From contig JAVKJW010000001.1 in assembly GCA_031458695.1 (NCBI GenBank), positions 96,001 through 160,000 of the forward strand: a DNA stretch of 64,000 nt. Direction: 5' to 3'. Shown here piece by piece: positions 1 to 8,911 of this stretch (position 1 is its first letter; each line of letters begins with the position of its first letter). Source of the DNA: Candidatus Thermofontivivens primus. Its GTDB lineage: Bacteria > Sysuimicrobiota > Sysuimicrobiia > Sysuimicrobiales > Thermofontiviventaceae. The notes below the pieces were generated by a model that ran no database searches, was not told where the DNA came from, and saw only the letters and a program-made list of their open reading frames with translations. The translations under genes and the position numbers were made by a program.

Positions 1-345
1 CATGAAGGGATGGAGGGGACCGCAGATAGCCGAGCAACGGTACCGGATCTTCCCAGGGCGATTGGCCACGAAGGTGATCTCCGCCTCCTCCTGTGGGGGG
101 ACCTTTACGTCAATGCCGTAGCCATCGATGTAGACGCCGTGGGTGATATCTTCCGAGCGTACCCGCAGGATCGCAGTATCGCCCAGGTTCACTGTGATCC
201 TCGGAGGGTCAAAGGCGAACTGCCGAGCAGTAATTTCAAACTCTCGCTCGGTGGGGGCAGGACGGTGCACCCAGGCGAATCCTGCCGCGGCAGCGCCCAA
301 GACGATGATGGCAATTCCAATAAAGAAAAACCTGTTCCTCTGCAT
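1..345 (-). CDS. Membrane-anchored or secreted cupredoxin with CuA-type site (cytochrome oxidase subunit II / NosZ C-terminal-like); runs off the window edge
   Basis: Not in the ORF track. Manual translation from ATG 345: MQRNRFFFIGIAIIVLGAAAAGFAW...ITARQFAFDPPRITVNLGD...SEDITHG...RYRCSAICGPLHPFM. Hydrophobic N-terminus plus H...C-x3-C-x3-H-x2-M copper motif. Confidence 0.85.
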   Translation of the reverse strand, partial: MQRNRFFFIGIAIIVLGAAAAGFAWVHRPAPTEREFEITARQFAFDPPRITVNLGDTAILRVRSEDITHGVYIDGYGIDVKVPPQEEAEITFVANRPGKIRYRCSAICGPLHPFM

Positions 346-455
346 CCTAGCGCCACTATAGATCCAAAAGACGAATTAAGTCTATCGGGGAATTGGAGGG
401 TTTTTGCATGTGCTTTGTAGGGGGAAAGCCTACTCCAGATCGCGCTCTGGAGGGG

Positions 456-475
456 TGTTGCAACATTTTGTTGCA
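456..475. promoter_or_regulatory. Candidate activator binding site, inverted repeat TGCAACA-N3-TGTTGCA
   Basis: Perfect 7-bp inverted repeat at 459-475, overlapping the palindrome TGTTGCAACA at 456-465, about 110 bp upstream of the cupredoxin start. Confidence 0.55.
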
Positions 476-533
476 GACGACAGCCCACCAAGGTTCTCCG
501 CCCTTGGGAAAGGAGCATGGAACTCGCGGTCCC

Positions 534-1871
534 TTACGTGGGCTTTTGGATCCCCAGCTTTTTCATCTTCCGCCAGAGGGTTGTCCTGTTGACCCCGAGG
601 AGCTTGGCACAGCGACCGATGCGCCAGTGGGTAGCTTCCAGCATCGCCAGGATGCGCTCCCGCTCGCTGGTAGGAGACCTCGGGTTAGGTTCTCCCTGGC
701 GTTGCTGAGGACGGGCGTACATGTGGGGAGGAAGGTGGGTGGGGAGGATCTCCCCTCCCCTGCAGAGGGCGAAGGCATAGCTCAGGATACCTTCCAGCTC
801 CCTTACGTTACCGGGAAAGTCGTAGCTCAAGAGGAGGGAGAGGGCGTCCTGGGAGATCCCCGTGACCGACGGGTTCACCTCTGCCCGCAGGCGGTTCATC
901 AAGCGCTCCGCCAGGAGAGGGATGTCCTCTTTTCGCTCCCGCAAAGGGGGGACGGCCAAGGTGATCCGTAGGAGGCGATCGGCGAGAGTCCTGTCAAACC
1001 GCCCCTCCTGGGCCAGGGCAGCGAGGTCCCGGCTCGTGCCAGCGAGGAATCTCGCATCGGAGGTGAGGACCTCGCGGCCGCCCACCCTGCTGAATCCTCC
1101 CCCATCGAGGAAGATGCGCAGCCGCTCTTGGAGCTGCGGGGATGTCTCAGCCACGTCCTCCAGGAAGACGCTCCCTCCCCGGCACAGCTCCAGGGCCCCC
1201 GGCCGGCCTGATGTGGCCCCTGGAAAGGCACCCTCCACGAACCCGAATAGCTCCCGCTCAAGAATCACTTCGGAGATTCCAAGGGTTCGCAGAGAGATGA
1301 ACACTCCTCCTGCCTTCAAGCTCATCCGGTGGATCGTCTCGGCTACCCAAGCTTTCTCCGTTCCCGGCTCCCCCAGGATGAGCACGGGCTCCGTGCTGTC
1401 GCGGATGTTCTCGATGGCCTCGTACAATCGGATCATCCCCTCGCTCCGCCCGCACAAGAATCCGAACTCCTTGCGCGTGCCGGCCTCCCTCTCCAGCGCC
1501 CGAAGGGCGGTTACGTCGCGGAGGATGCGCACCGCCGCAACAATGCGTCCCTTCCGGTCTCGCACGGGGACGGTGTGCACGCGGACGATACGGATCCCTC
1601 CGTCCTTGCGGAAGAGGAAGGTCTCGAAGTCGTCGGGGGCCTTCCCCGTCTCGAACATCTCCTGCATGTCGCATGTCCTCTGACAGAACCGCCCCGCGCA
1701 TACCTCAAAGCACCGTCTCCCCAAAGCCTCGTCCTTGCGGTAACCCGTCAGCCGTTCGGCAGCGCGGTTGAACCCTACCACACACAGCTCCCCGTCCACG
1801 GTCATGACCCCGTCCTCCATGGCGTCGAGGACGGATTCATAGCTGACGGTCTCCCGGGCACGCCACAGCAT
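534..1871 (-). CDS. PAS + sigma54-interaction-type AAA+ + Fis-HTH transcriptional regulator with degenerate ATPase motifs
   Basis: N-terminal PAS (FNRAAERLTGY), GEPGTEK, ELFGFVEGAFPGA, FLEDVAE, VPPLRERKEDIP, FPGNVREL, C-terminal AKLLGVNRTTLWRKMK. Confidence 0.9.
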   Translation of the reverse strand: MLWRARETVSYESVLDAMEDGVMTVDGELCVVGFNRAAERLTGYRKDEALGRRCFEVCAGRFCQRTCDMQEMFETGKAPDDFETFLFRKDGGIRIVRVHTVPVRDRKGRIVAAVRILRDVTALRALEREAGTRKEFGFLCGRSEGMIRLYEAIENIRDSTEPVLILGEPGTEKAWVAETIHRMSLKAGGVFISLRTLGISEVILERELFGFVEGAFPGATSGRPGALELCRGGSVFLEDVAETSPQLQERLRIFLDGGGFSRVGGREVLTSDARFLAGTSRDLAALAQEGRFDRTLADRLLRITLAVPPLRERKEDIPLLAERLMNRLRAEVNPSVTGISQDALSLLLSYDFPGNVRELEGILSYAFALCRGGEILPTHLPPHMYARPQQRQGEPNPRSPTSERERILAMLEATHWRIGRCAKLLGVNRTTLWRKMKKLGIQKPT

Positions 1872-1875
1872 TCCC

Positions 1876-2517
1876 TCATCCCTCCAAGATGCCCTTCATC
1901 AGGGCATACCGGACGAGTTCTGCTCGGCTCTGTAACCCAAGCTTCTCCATGATCCTGGCCTTATAAGCCTCCACCGTCTTGACGCTCAGGTGGAGCTGGC
2001 TTGCGATCTCCTTGTTCCCATAGCCAAGAGCCACGAGGCGGAGCACCTCGCGCTCCCTGGTGCTCAGTTCCTCCCTGCTAGTCCCCCCGTTTCGGATGAA
2101 CGAGTGCACAAGGACATGCGCAAGGGAAGGATCCACATAGACGCCCCCGGCATAGACAGTGCGAATGGCGTGGCACAGCTCGCTGGCAGGGGACTGCTTC
2201 ACCAGGTACCCAGACGCCCCCGCCCTCAGGAGGTAGCGGAGGTAGAGCTCGTCGGCGTGGATCGTGAGGACGAGGACCTTCACCTGGGGAACTGCTTCCT
2301 TGATGCGCTCCGTGGCCTCGATCCCGTTCATCCCGGGCATGCTGATGTCCATGAGGACGACATCTGGCACCAGGGTTTTGCACTTTTCATAAGCTTCCCA
2401 ACCGTTTGAGGCCTCGCCCACCACCACCATGTCGGCCTGGGATTCCAGGAGTGCGCGAAATCCAGCGCGAACCACTGCATGATCTTCGGCAATGAGGATC
2501 CGGATCTTCTCCTCCAT
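1876..2517 (-). CDS. NarL/LuxR-family response regulator
   Basis: Receiver domain ILIAEDH...LMDISMPGMNG...GASGYLVK and LuxR HTH LSTREREVLRLVALGYGNKEIA. Start taken at MEEKIRI. Confidence 0.95.
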   Translation of the reverse strand: MEEKIRILIAEDHAVVRAGFRALLESQADMVVVGEASNGWEAYEKCKTLVPDVVLMDISMPGMNGIEATERIKEAVPQVKVLVLTIHADELYLRYLLRAGASGYLVKQSPASELCHAIRTVYAGGVYVDPSLAHVLVHSFIRNGGTSREELSTREREVLRLVALGYGNKEIASQLHLSVKTVEAYKARIMEKLGLQSRAELVRYALMKGILEG

Positions 2518-2546
2518 CCTCCCAATCGCCCCTTTCGGGAACACTC

Positions 2547-2563
2547 TGCAACATTCTGCAACA
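2547..2563. promoter_or_regulatory. Direct repeat of the TGCAACA half-site upstream of the regulator pair
   Basis: TGCAACA at 2547-2553 and 2557-2563 (10-bp period), the same heptamer as at 459-475. Confidence 0.45.
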
Positions 2564-2678
2564 TGATCCTACCGTGGGGATGTGTGTGGGTAAATCCGGT
2601 CCCTGCTGTATTTTGCATCTTCTCTTCCGTACCCGCTGCTTGGGGTGGAAGATTCCTTTGGCTGGGAGGAGGTTCCAT

Positions 2679-2707
2679 TTGCCTCCTGCGATCCTGACTG
2701 CTATAAT
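2679..2707 (+). promoter_or_regulatory. Sigma70-type promoter of the thi operon
   Basis: TTGCCT-N17-TATAAT immediately upstream of the TPP aptamer. Confidence 0.75.
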
Positions 2708-2719
2708 GGATGGCGCAAG

Positions 2720-2808
2720 ACGCTGGGGGTGCCCAAAAGGCTGAGAAGGCGGCGTAGAGCCGCCTACCCCTTGAACCTGATCTGGGTAATGCCAGCGGAG
2801 GGAAGCGT
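2720..2808 (+). ncRNA. TPP riboswitch aptamer
   Basis: GGGGTGCC...GGCTGAGA...ACCC.TTGAACCTGATCTGGGTAATGCCAGCGGAGGGAAGCG, upstream of thiE. Confidence 0.95.
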
Positions 2809-2829
2809 CGCTGTGCAGGAGATTAGACT

Positions 2830-2864
2830 GCCGCCGTCCCTCGGGCACGGCGGTGTTTTCTTTT
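2830..2864 (+). terminator. Intrinsic terminator, expression platform of the TPP riboswitch
   Basis: GCCGCCGT...ACGGCGGT stem followed by GTTTTCTTTT. Confidence 0.8.
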
Positions 2865-2989
2865 CATGAGCCTGGCAAAATCGCTTGCGGAGACGTGGGC
2901 AGGGTACTCCCTTGGTTCGTGGGAGCACTTCCCAGTGGCAGGGACGAAAGGGAGTGCGCATAGGAAGCAAGCGCAGGGTGAGAGATCTC

Positions 2990-3658
2990 GTGAGCAACCG
3001 ATTCCATCTCCACCTCATCACAGACCGGAAGCGGGCGAGGGGCGACCTTATCGAATCGGTGCGGAAGGCGCTTGAAGGCGGCGTGGATTGGGTGCAGGTA
3101 CGTGAGAAAACCGCCCCAGCCGCGGAGCTCTATGAGCAGGCCCGGCAAATCCTGGAGATCGCCAAACCACTTGGCGTGGGCGTGCTCATCAACGACCGGG
3201 TTGACGTCGCCCTGGCCCTAGGTGCAAGCGGGGTCCACCTGGCGAAAAAGAGCCTCCCACCACAGGCTGTGCGCCCGCTCCTTCGCCCTGGCCAACTCCT
3301 TGGGAGGTCCGTCCACTCCCTGGAGGAAGCCCTCGCCTTTGCCCCTGTGGTGGATTACCTCACCTTCGGGAACGTCTTCCCCACCGAATCCCACCCGGGG
3401 ATCCCTCCCAAAGGGGTGGAGGAACTGGAAAGGGTGGTGAATGCGGTGGACATCCCGGTGTTGGCCATCGGAGGGATTACCCTGGAGAACCTCGACCTTG
3501 TACTGCAGACGGGGTGCTCGGGGATCGCCGTCATCGGGGCCATCCTCGCCGAAGCAGACCCGAGCGAGGCGGCGCGGCGTCTCCGGGAGGCCCTTGACAG
3601 GTCGGCGTTCCGCCCCCGTATTCCCTTTCTGAAGGCGGAAGAGGTGAAAGATTCGTAG
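2990..3658 (+). CDS. thiE: Thiamine-phosphate synthase (ThiE/TenI fold)
   Basis: LHLITD, VQVREK, LINDRVDVALA, GVHL, GRSVHS, FPTESHPG, LAIGGI; follows the TPP riboswitch. Start uncertain (GTG 2954/2978/2990). TenI identity not excluded. Confidence 0.8.
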   Translation: MSNRFHLHLITDRKRARGDLIESVRKALEGGVDWVQVREKTAPAAELYEQARQILEIAKPLGVGVLINDRVDVALALGASGVHLAKKSLPPQAVRPLLRPGQLLGRSVHSLEEALAFAPVVDYLTFGNVFPTESHPGIPPKGVEELERVVNAVDIPVLAIGGITLENLDLVLQTGCSGIAVIGAILAEADPSEAARRLREALDRSAFRPRIPFLKAEEVKDS

Positions 3659-3731
3659 GGACAGATCCCTGTGATTATCCCATGCAGGCCCGTGTTTCCT
3701 GCGGATGGAGGAGGTGAAAAGAGGACGAGCG

Positions 3732-4772
3732 ATGCGGCTTGTGGTCAACGGAAAGGAACAGCATTATGATGGGGAAGCCACCGTGCTGGCTTTCCTCCAG
3801 AGCTACCGCATCGAACCCAACACGGTGGCAGTTGCGGTGAATGGGGAGATCGTGCCCCGAGAGAGATGGGCGCAAACTCCGCTCAAGGAAGGAGATGAGG
3901 TCGAGGTGGTGCATGTGGTCGCTGGAGGAAGTGGTCCTTCGCTTGACCCAGGCCTTTGGCCCTTGGGAAAGCCGTACCGCCCGGAGGAGGACCCGCTCGT
4001 CATCGCCGGGAGGACCTTCACCTCCCGGCTCATCCTGGGGAGCAGCAAGTACCCCTCCCCGGAGGTGATGAAGGCTGCGTGGGAAGCCTCAGGAACCCAG
4101 ATGGTCACCGTGGCCATCCGCTACATGAACCTTGAGGAAGGGGGAGGGAGCGGGATCCTCTCTTACATCGATCGCTCGCGGATCCACCTCCTCCCGAACA
4201 CGGCGGGGGCCAAGACTGTCCAACAAGCAGTTCGTATGGCCCATCTCTGCCGCGAGGCCACGGGGACCAACTGGATCAAGCTCGAGGTCATCGGGGACGA
4301 CACCTACCTCTGGCCTGACGTAGCGGCGACCGTGGAAGCCACGAAAATCCTGGTGGAGGATGGCTTCGTTGTCCTTCCCTACACCAGCCATGACCTGGTG
4401 GCCGCCCTGCGCCTTGAGGAGGCAGGTGCGGCTACGGTGATGCCCCTCGCATCACCCATTGGCTCAGGGCAAGGGTTCATCGATTGGGTGAGCATCAAGC
4501 GCATCATTGACTCGGTGAGCGTCCCGGTGATCGTGGATGCGGGAATTGGAACGCCATCGGACGCGGCCATCGCCATGGAGCTAGGAGCCGCAGCAGTGCT
4601 GACCAATACTGCCGTGGCCAAGGCCAAGAACCCCGTGCTCATGGCGGAGGCAATGAAGTGGGCGGTGCTCAGCGGGCGGATGGGCTACTTGGCTGGGCGC
4701 ATCCCCAAGCGGGAAACGGCAGAACCATCGAGCCCACCTGAGGGGGTCATCGCTGCCCGCCCCTCACCCTAA
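3732..4772 (+). CDS. thiG: Fused sulfur carrier ThiS + thiazole synthase ThiG
   Basis: Residues 1-66 MRLVVNG...AVAVNGEIVPR...VVHVVAGG (ThiS) continue in frame into SRLILGSSKY...LPNTAG...WIKLEVIGD...VMPLASPIGSG...DAGIGTPSDA (ThiG). Confidence 0.93.
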   Translation: MRLVVNGKEQHYDGEATVLAFLQSYRIEPNTVAVAVNGEIVPRERWAQTPLKEGDEVEVVHVVAGGSGPSLDPGLWPLGKPYRPEEDPLVIAGRTFTSRLILGSSKYPSPEVMKAAWEASGTQMVTVAIRYMNLEEGGGSGILSYIDRSRIHLLPNTAGAKTVQQAVRMAHLCREATGTNWIKLEVIGDDTYLWPDVAATVEATKILVEDGFVVLPYTSHDLVAALRLEEAGAATVMPLASPIGSGQGFIDWVSIKRIIDSVSVPVIVDAGIGTPSDAAIAMELGAAAVLTNTAVAKAKNPVLMAEAMKWAVLSGRMGYLAGRIPKRETAEPSSPPEGVIAARPSP

Positions 4773-5537
4773 CTCCCTCTCCCTGATCGATCCAACCACA
4801 TGGCACGGAAGGGAGAGCGATGCGGAGAGAGGATCTACCGCATCCTCCGGGACGGTGACAAGCACACAGGTAGAGGGGCCTGCGGACTTCCCCAAGTCTA
4901 GGCTCGGCGAAGGGAGAGGAACGAATACCCCTCCGGCTCCGTGGGCAAGCTCTTCTGCCTCGTAGCGGATCCCCCGAGACCCAACAGGGAGGATCTCATG
5001 CACAGCGTCCAGAGCGAGGAGGCGCTGGATCGTAGTAGGGTTTGCTACGTCCGGATCGTCCAGATCCACATGGTCCATAGGAGCGGATTTTGGAACGCCC
5101 GCAACAAGGACCAAATCCCCCAACGCAGTCCTCCCCAGCCTCAACTCCTGCGGGGAAGCGAGTCCGAGCCCCGTGACGCCAAGAAACGTTTGCTTAGTCC
5201 ACACGTTTTCCTCGGTGCTCCCCGTGACCGCAACCTTCCCTCCGAGGCCGCAGCGTTCCAGCTCCTCGTGGATTCCCGCGAGGATCTCCCTCCCGTATGG
5301 CTCCATGGACACACCCAGGGTGTCCACAAGCACCACCGGAGTCCCTCCTGCGGCGAGGATCTCCATGAGCACCACCCGCGCACACGCACGGCCCACTACC
5401 TTTGCCGATGCGGGATAGACATCCTCCGGCTGAGGGCCGATCCCTCCCAGGGAGTCGCAAGCGATGATCCAGATCCTGAACGCATCCTCCTGAACCAAAA
5501 TGAGGTCCCTCCAACGGGAAACCCTGATTCCCTGCAT
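4764..5537 (-). CDS. cblS: Alpha-ribazole kinase (PurM/AIR-synthase fold)
   Basis: RDL...IACDSLGGIG, RVVLMEILAAG, TGSTEEN, EILPVGSRGIRYEA, KSAGPSTC. Start overlaps the cblT stop (TGATG). Confidence 0.85.
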   Translation of the reverse strand: MQGIRVSRWRDLILVQEDAFRIWIIACDSLGGIGPQPEDVYPASAKVVGRACARVVLMEILAAGGTPVVLVDTLGVSMEPYGREILAGIHEELERCGLGGKVAVTGSTEENVWTKQTFLGVTGLGLASPQELRLGRTALGDLVLVAGVPKSAPMDHVDLDDPDVANPTTIQRLLALDAVHEILPVGSRGIRYEAEELAHGAGGVFVPLPSPSLDLGKSAGPSTCVLVTVPEDAVDPLSASLSLPCHVVGSIRERELG

Positions 5538-6013
5538 CACGGCTTTCTCCGCCCCCGCCACCGCAGAGCGATCACAGCAGCCATGCCGACGTTGATGGCC
5601 GAACCCGGAAGCAGGGCCAGGACAAGCCCAGGAACAGCCGCCCAGCCAAGGAAGGGCGCGACGGACAGCGGTCCGGCGACCCCGTTGAGGAGGATGGCCG
5701 CAAGGACGGCAAGGGGCCGCGACGACCGGAAGAGGAAGCCGAAGACGGCCACGTATGCGGCCATCTCCAGCGCGATCCCCAGGTGCAACCCTCCCAGCGG
5801 AAACCCTACGCTCCATGCGCTGAACAGGTGGCCCGCCGCCCCCACGGTCATCCCTTCGGGAATCCCTAAGGCCGCGGCAGCGAAGTAGCCAGGAAGGCTG
5901 TCCAGGGCTACTGTCCCTGTCGGGCTCGGGATCTTGAGGTAAGCGCCCACCGCGCTGGTCGCAATGAGGAGGGCAACCTGGAGGAGGCGCACAGGCGGCC
6001 AAGTAAGTTTCAT
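5537..6013 (-). CDS. cblT: ECF S-component, alpha-ribazole transporter
   Basis: Hydrophobic 158 aa; LKIPSPTGTVALDSLPGYFAA, GHLFSA..GFPL; translationally coupled to cblS. Confidence 0.85.
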   Translation of the reverse strand: MKLTWPPVRLLQVALLIATSAVGAYLKIPSPTGTVALDSLPGYFAAAALGIPEGMTVGAAGHLFSAWSVGFPLGGLHLGIALEMAAYVAVFGFLFRSSRPLAVLAAILLNGVAGPLSVAPFLGWAAVPGLVLALLPGSAINVGMAAVIALRWRGRRKP

Positions 6014-6033
6014 GGTCGGATTACCTTTTACCT

Positions 6034-7119
6034 CTACGATCTCTGTGGCACACTCTCTTTTGCCATGGCAGCGAGCAGGGCAAGGTTCTCCTCCCGCTTC
6101 CGCACCGCCACCCGAATGTACCAGTCCCCGAGGCCAGGGATGGAAGCACAGTCTCGCACCAAAATCCCCCACCTTCCGAGCCGCTCCCAGAGTTCGCCGG
6201 AGCGGAGACCGGTCCCGCTGATGTCCACGAGAAGGAAGTTGGTCTGAGAAGGGAACGTGATATACCCTGCGAGGCTGGAAATCTGTGATGAAAGGAACGC
6301 GCGCTCCGCAGAGATCAGGCGAATGGTTTCTGCCACGTAGGCCCTATCGGATAAAGCGGCAATGAGAGCGTGCTGGGCGAGGATGTTGACGCTCCAGGGA
6401 GGTTGGAGCCCTCGGAGAGCCTCGATCGTCGAGGGAGATGCTACGGCATAGCCGAGGCGGAGCCCCGGGAATGCGAAGAGCTTAGTGAGGGAGCCGATCA
6501 CCACAACACCATCGGCCCGCGTTGCCTCCTGCACCAAGGAGTGCTCCCTGCCGGCGAAGTCCACGAAGGCCTCGTCCACGAGGACAGCGCATCGACCCTT
6601 TGCCTCCCTCACAATGCGCAAGACCTTCTCCCGGGACGCGAGGACTCCTGTGGGGTTATTCGGGTTACAGAGATACACCAGGTCGGCGTGCGAGAGACCT
6701 TTGAGGAGGGCACCGAGGGGGAGCTGGAAGCCCTCCCTGGGAGATGCCGTTACCTCCAAGACCTCTGCGCCCACGGCCCTTGCTCCTGCGATCCCCTCCA
6801 CGAAGGTTGGGACGGGGGAAAGAAGGCGACGGGGCTGGAACAGGAAGAGGGCCAGGTAGAGCGCCTCGACGCCTCCGTTGGTGAGGAGGACGCTTTCAAC
6901 GGGAACATCCAGCCACGCGGCCAAGTGCTCCCGCGCCTCCCGCGCCTCTGGATCCGGATAGAACGCCACGTCCTGGAGATGCTGCGCGAGCACTTCCTGG
7001 ACCGCCCTGGGCGGGCCCAGCGGATTCAGATTGCTGCTGAAGTCGAGAAACTCCTTGGGGCTGCGTCCGAATCGGCGGGACGCCTCCCACACGTTCCCCC
7101 CATGGATCGCTTTGGACAT
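6034..7119 (-). CDS. cobD: L-threonine-O-3-phosphate decarboxylase
   Basis: HGGN, DFSSNLNPLG, YPDP, CNPNNPTG, VDEAFVDF, SLTKLFAFPGLRLGY; within the cob operon. Confidence 0.9.
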   Translation of the reverse strand: MSKAIHGGNVWEASRRFGRSPKEFLDFSSNLNPLGPPRAVQEVLAQHLQDVAFYPDPEAREAREHLAAWLDVPVESVLLTNGGVEALYLALFLFQPRRLLSPVPTFVEGIAGARAVGAEVLEVTASPREGFQLPLGALLKGLSHADLVYLCNPNNPTGVLASREKVLRIVREAKGRCAVLVDEAFVDFAGREHSLVQEATRADGVVVIGSLTKLFAFPGLRLGYAVASPSTIEALRGLQPPWSVNILAQHALIAALSDRAYVAETIRLISAERAFLSSQISSLAGYITFPSQTNFLLVDISGTGLRSGELWERLGRWGILVRDCASIPGLGDWYIRVAVRKREENLALLAAMAKESVPQRS

Positions 7120-7138
7120 GTGGAAGCCTCCCTTGGCT

Positions 7139-7900
7139 TCAATGCATGGCGGACGGCGCACGAACTCCCGCCAGGGCAAGGAGGACGACCACCTCCGTGA
7201 CCTCTACGAGGAACCCATAGGTGTCCCCGGTATGCCCTCCCAGCCACCGGGCGATAGCCAGCGCACCAAGAATCGCAGCACCCATCCCCACAGCCGATCC
7301 GAGGAGTCCCACAGATCCTGCAACGGTCCCCGATGCAAGGGCTACGACCCCCGTTGCCACGACGAGTTTGAACACCCCTATCCCTTCCCGCGTAACACTC
7401 CCAAGGCCCTCCCTCCGAGCGGAAGGGTATCGCCACGCTGCATACACGGGGGCCCAGCGCCCTGTGGCGCCGATGACAACAAGGGCAGGGCCGACGATCC
7501 GGGAGGGCAATGCCCAGAGCGCTGCAACTTTCACAACCAGAAGCAACACAACCCCTGCAACCCCCAGCGCGCCCACATGCGGATCACGCATGATTCGCAG
7601 GACCTCCTCCCTCGTCCCTCCCCCTCCCCATGCATCCACGGTGTCCGCGAACCCATCGAGGTGGAGCCCCCCGCTCAGGAGGTACCAAGCCACCAAGACG
7701 AGCGCGCGTGCTGGACCTTCCGGAAGGAACGTCCGGATCCCCGTGTAGACCGCCCAGGCCCCTAGACCGAACAAGATTCCCACGATGGGGAAGAATACGG
7801 CTATGCCCGCTGCCGGCGGGCCGGAACCCAGCCCGTACGGGAGAGGGATCCTACTCAGGAGGGTCCAGGCCCAGAAAAACCCTCTCAGGAACCGCTCCAT
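7139..7900 (-). CDS. cobS: Cobalamin (5'-phosphate) synthase
   Basis: GGLHLDGFADTVD, IMRDPHVGALG, GGHTGDTYG; membrane protein. Confidence 0.95.
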   Translation of the reverse strand: MERFLRGFFWAWTLLSRIPLPYGLGSGPPAAGIAVFFPIVGILFGLGAWAVYTGIRTFLPEGPARALVLVAWYLLSGGLHLDGFADTVDAWGGGGTREEVLRIMRDPHVGALGVAGVVLLLVVKVAALWALPSRIVGPALVVIGATGRWAPVYAAWRYPSARREGLGSVTREGIGVFKLVVATGVVALASGTVAGSVGLLGSAVGMGAAILGALAIARWLGGHTGDTYGFLVEVTEVVVLLALAGVRAPSAMH

Positions 7901-8904
7901 CTCCTTCCCCACACCATCGCAATCGCGTACCCAGTGGCAGAGATCAGAAAAGCGATCCAGGCTGCATATCGCGCCGCCTCGCGGATGCGGCGAGGGGCAA
8001 GAGGGCGGGTCATCTCCCCCAGGAAGGGCCTTTTCTCTACCCTTCCCTCGTAAACGTTGACCCCTCCGAGGCGGACACCCAGGGCTCCGGCCATCGCCGC
8101 TTCTGGAATCCCGGCGTTGGGGCTAGGGTGCTTTCTCCCATCGCGGCGGAGAGTAGCATAGCAACGCTTAGGATCGAGACCCGCAACCCATGCCGCCAGG
8201 GGAAAGAACGGGATAGACAGGCGGGCAGGAAGATAGTTCAAGGCGTCGTCGAGTTTCGCCGAGGCCCAACCAAAGTGCAGGTACCTCGGGTTTTTATGGC
8301 CCACCATCGCGTCCAAGGTGTTGGCAGCGCGGTATCCCATGGCCGCAGGGAGGCCGCCAAGGAGCGCGTAGAAGAGCGGGGCGGTGATGGAGTCTGTGAT
8401 GTTTTCCGCCACCGACTCCACCGTCGCGCGTACCACTTCTTCCTCCGACAGGTGAGAGGTCTTGCGGCCAACGATCTCTCCGGCCCTTCGCCTCGCAGTT
8501 TGAAGATCTCCGGATTCCAGGGCTTCCGCAACCCGATGTGCCGAGGCAAGGAGCTCCCGGATGGAAAAGGTGGTAGAGAGAATGGCCCCTTCGAACCCTA
8601 GGCGCAGCCAACGAGGCAGACGACGAAGCCCCTGCTCCAGCAAGGCGGTACCCCCCAGAGCAACCCCCACCACGATCGCGACAAAGAAGACCCCAGCGGC
8701 GCGCTGGTCTCCAGGCCTCTGGTGAGCAGAACGAAGCCTCCCCTCTAGCCATGCGGCAAGACGTCCCATGCCCACGACTGGATGGAGAGAACGTGGAGGC
8801 TCACCAAAGGCCAAGTCAAGAAGGAGAGCCAACGCCATCAGCAAAGACCGTTCTCCCACAGCCGCCTCTCCTTGTGCATCATCACGATGATCTTCGTGAG
8901 GCAT
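7885..8904 (-). CDS. cbiB: Adenosylcobinamide-phosphate synthase
   Basis: DLAFGEP..HPVVGMG, IVGRKT, RATVESVAEN, NTLDAMVG, HPSPNAG.PEAAMAGALG. Confidence 0.95.
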   Translation of the reverse strand: MPHEDHRDDAQGEAAVGERSLLMALALLLDLAFGEPPRSLHPVVGMGRLAAWLEGRLRSAHQRPGDQRAAGVFFVAIVVGVALGGTALLEQGLRRLPRWLRLGFEGAILSTTFSIRELLASAHRVAEALESGDLQTARRRAGEIVGRKTSHLSEEEVVRATVESVAENITDSITAPLFYALLGGLPAAMGYRAANTLDAMVGHKNPRYLHFGWASAKLDDALNYLPARLSIPFFPLAAWVAGLDPKRCYATLRRDGRKHPSPNAGIPEAAMAGALGVRLGGVNVYEGRVEKRPFLGEMTRPLAPRRIREAARYAAWIAFLISATGYAIAMVWGRRWSGS

Positions 8905-8911
8905 CCTGCAT

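Noticed and set aside
340..356. TGGCGCTAGGATGC on the minus strand as a sigma54 -24/-12 promoter
   Set aside because: GG-to-GC spacing is 9 rather than 10, and it overlaps the start codon.
5538..6002. N-terminal extension of the 412-aa ORF
   Set aside because: Out-of-frame overlap with cblT; the CblS-like sequence begins at MQGIR (5537).
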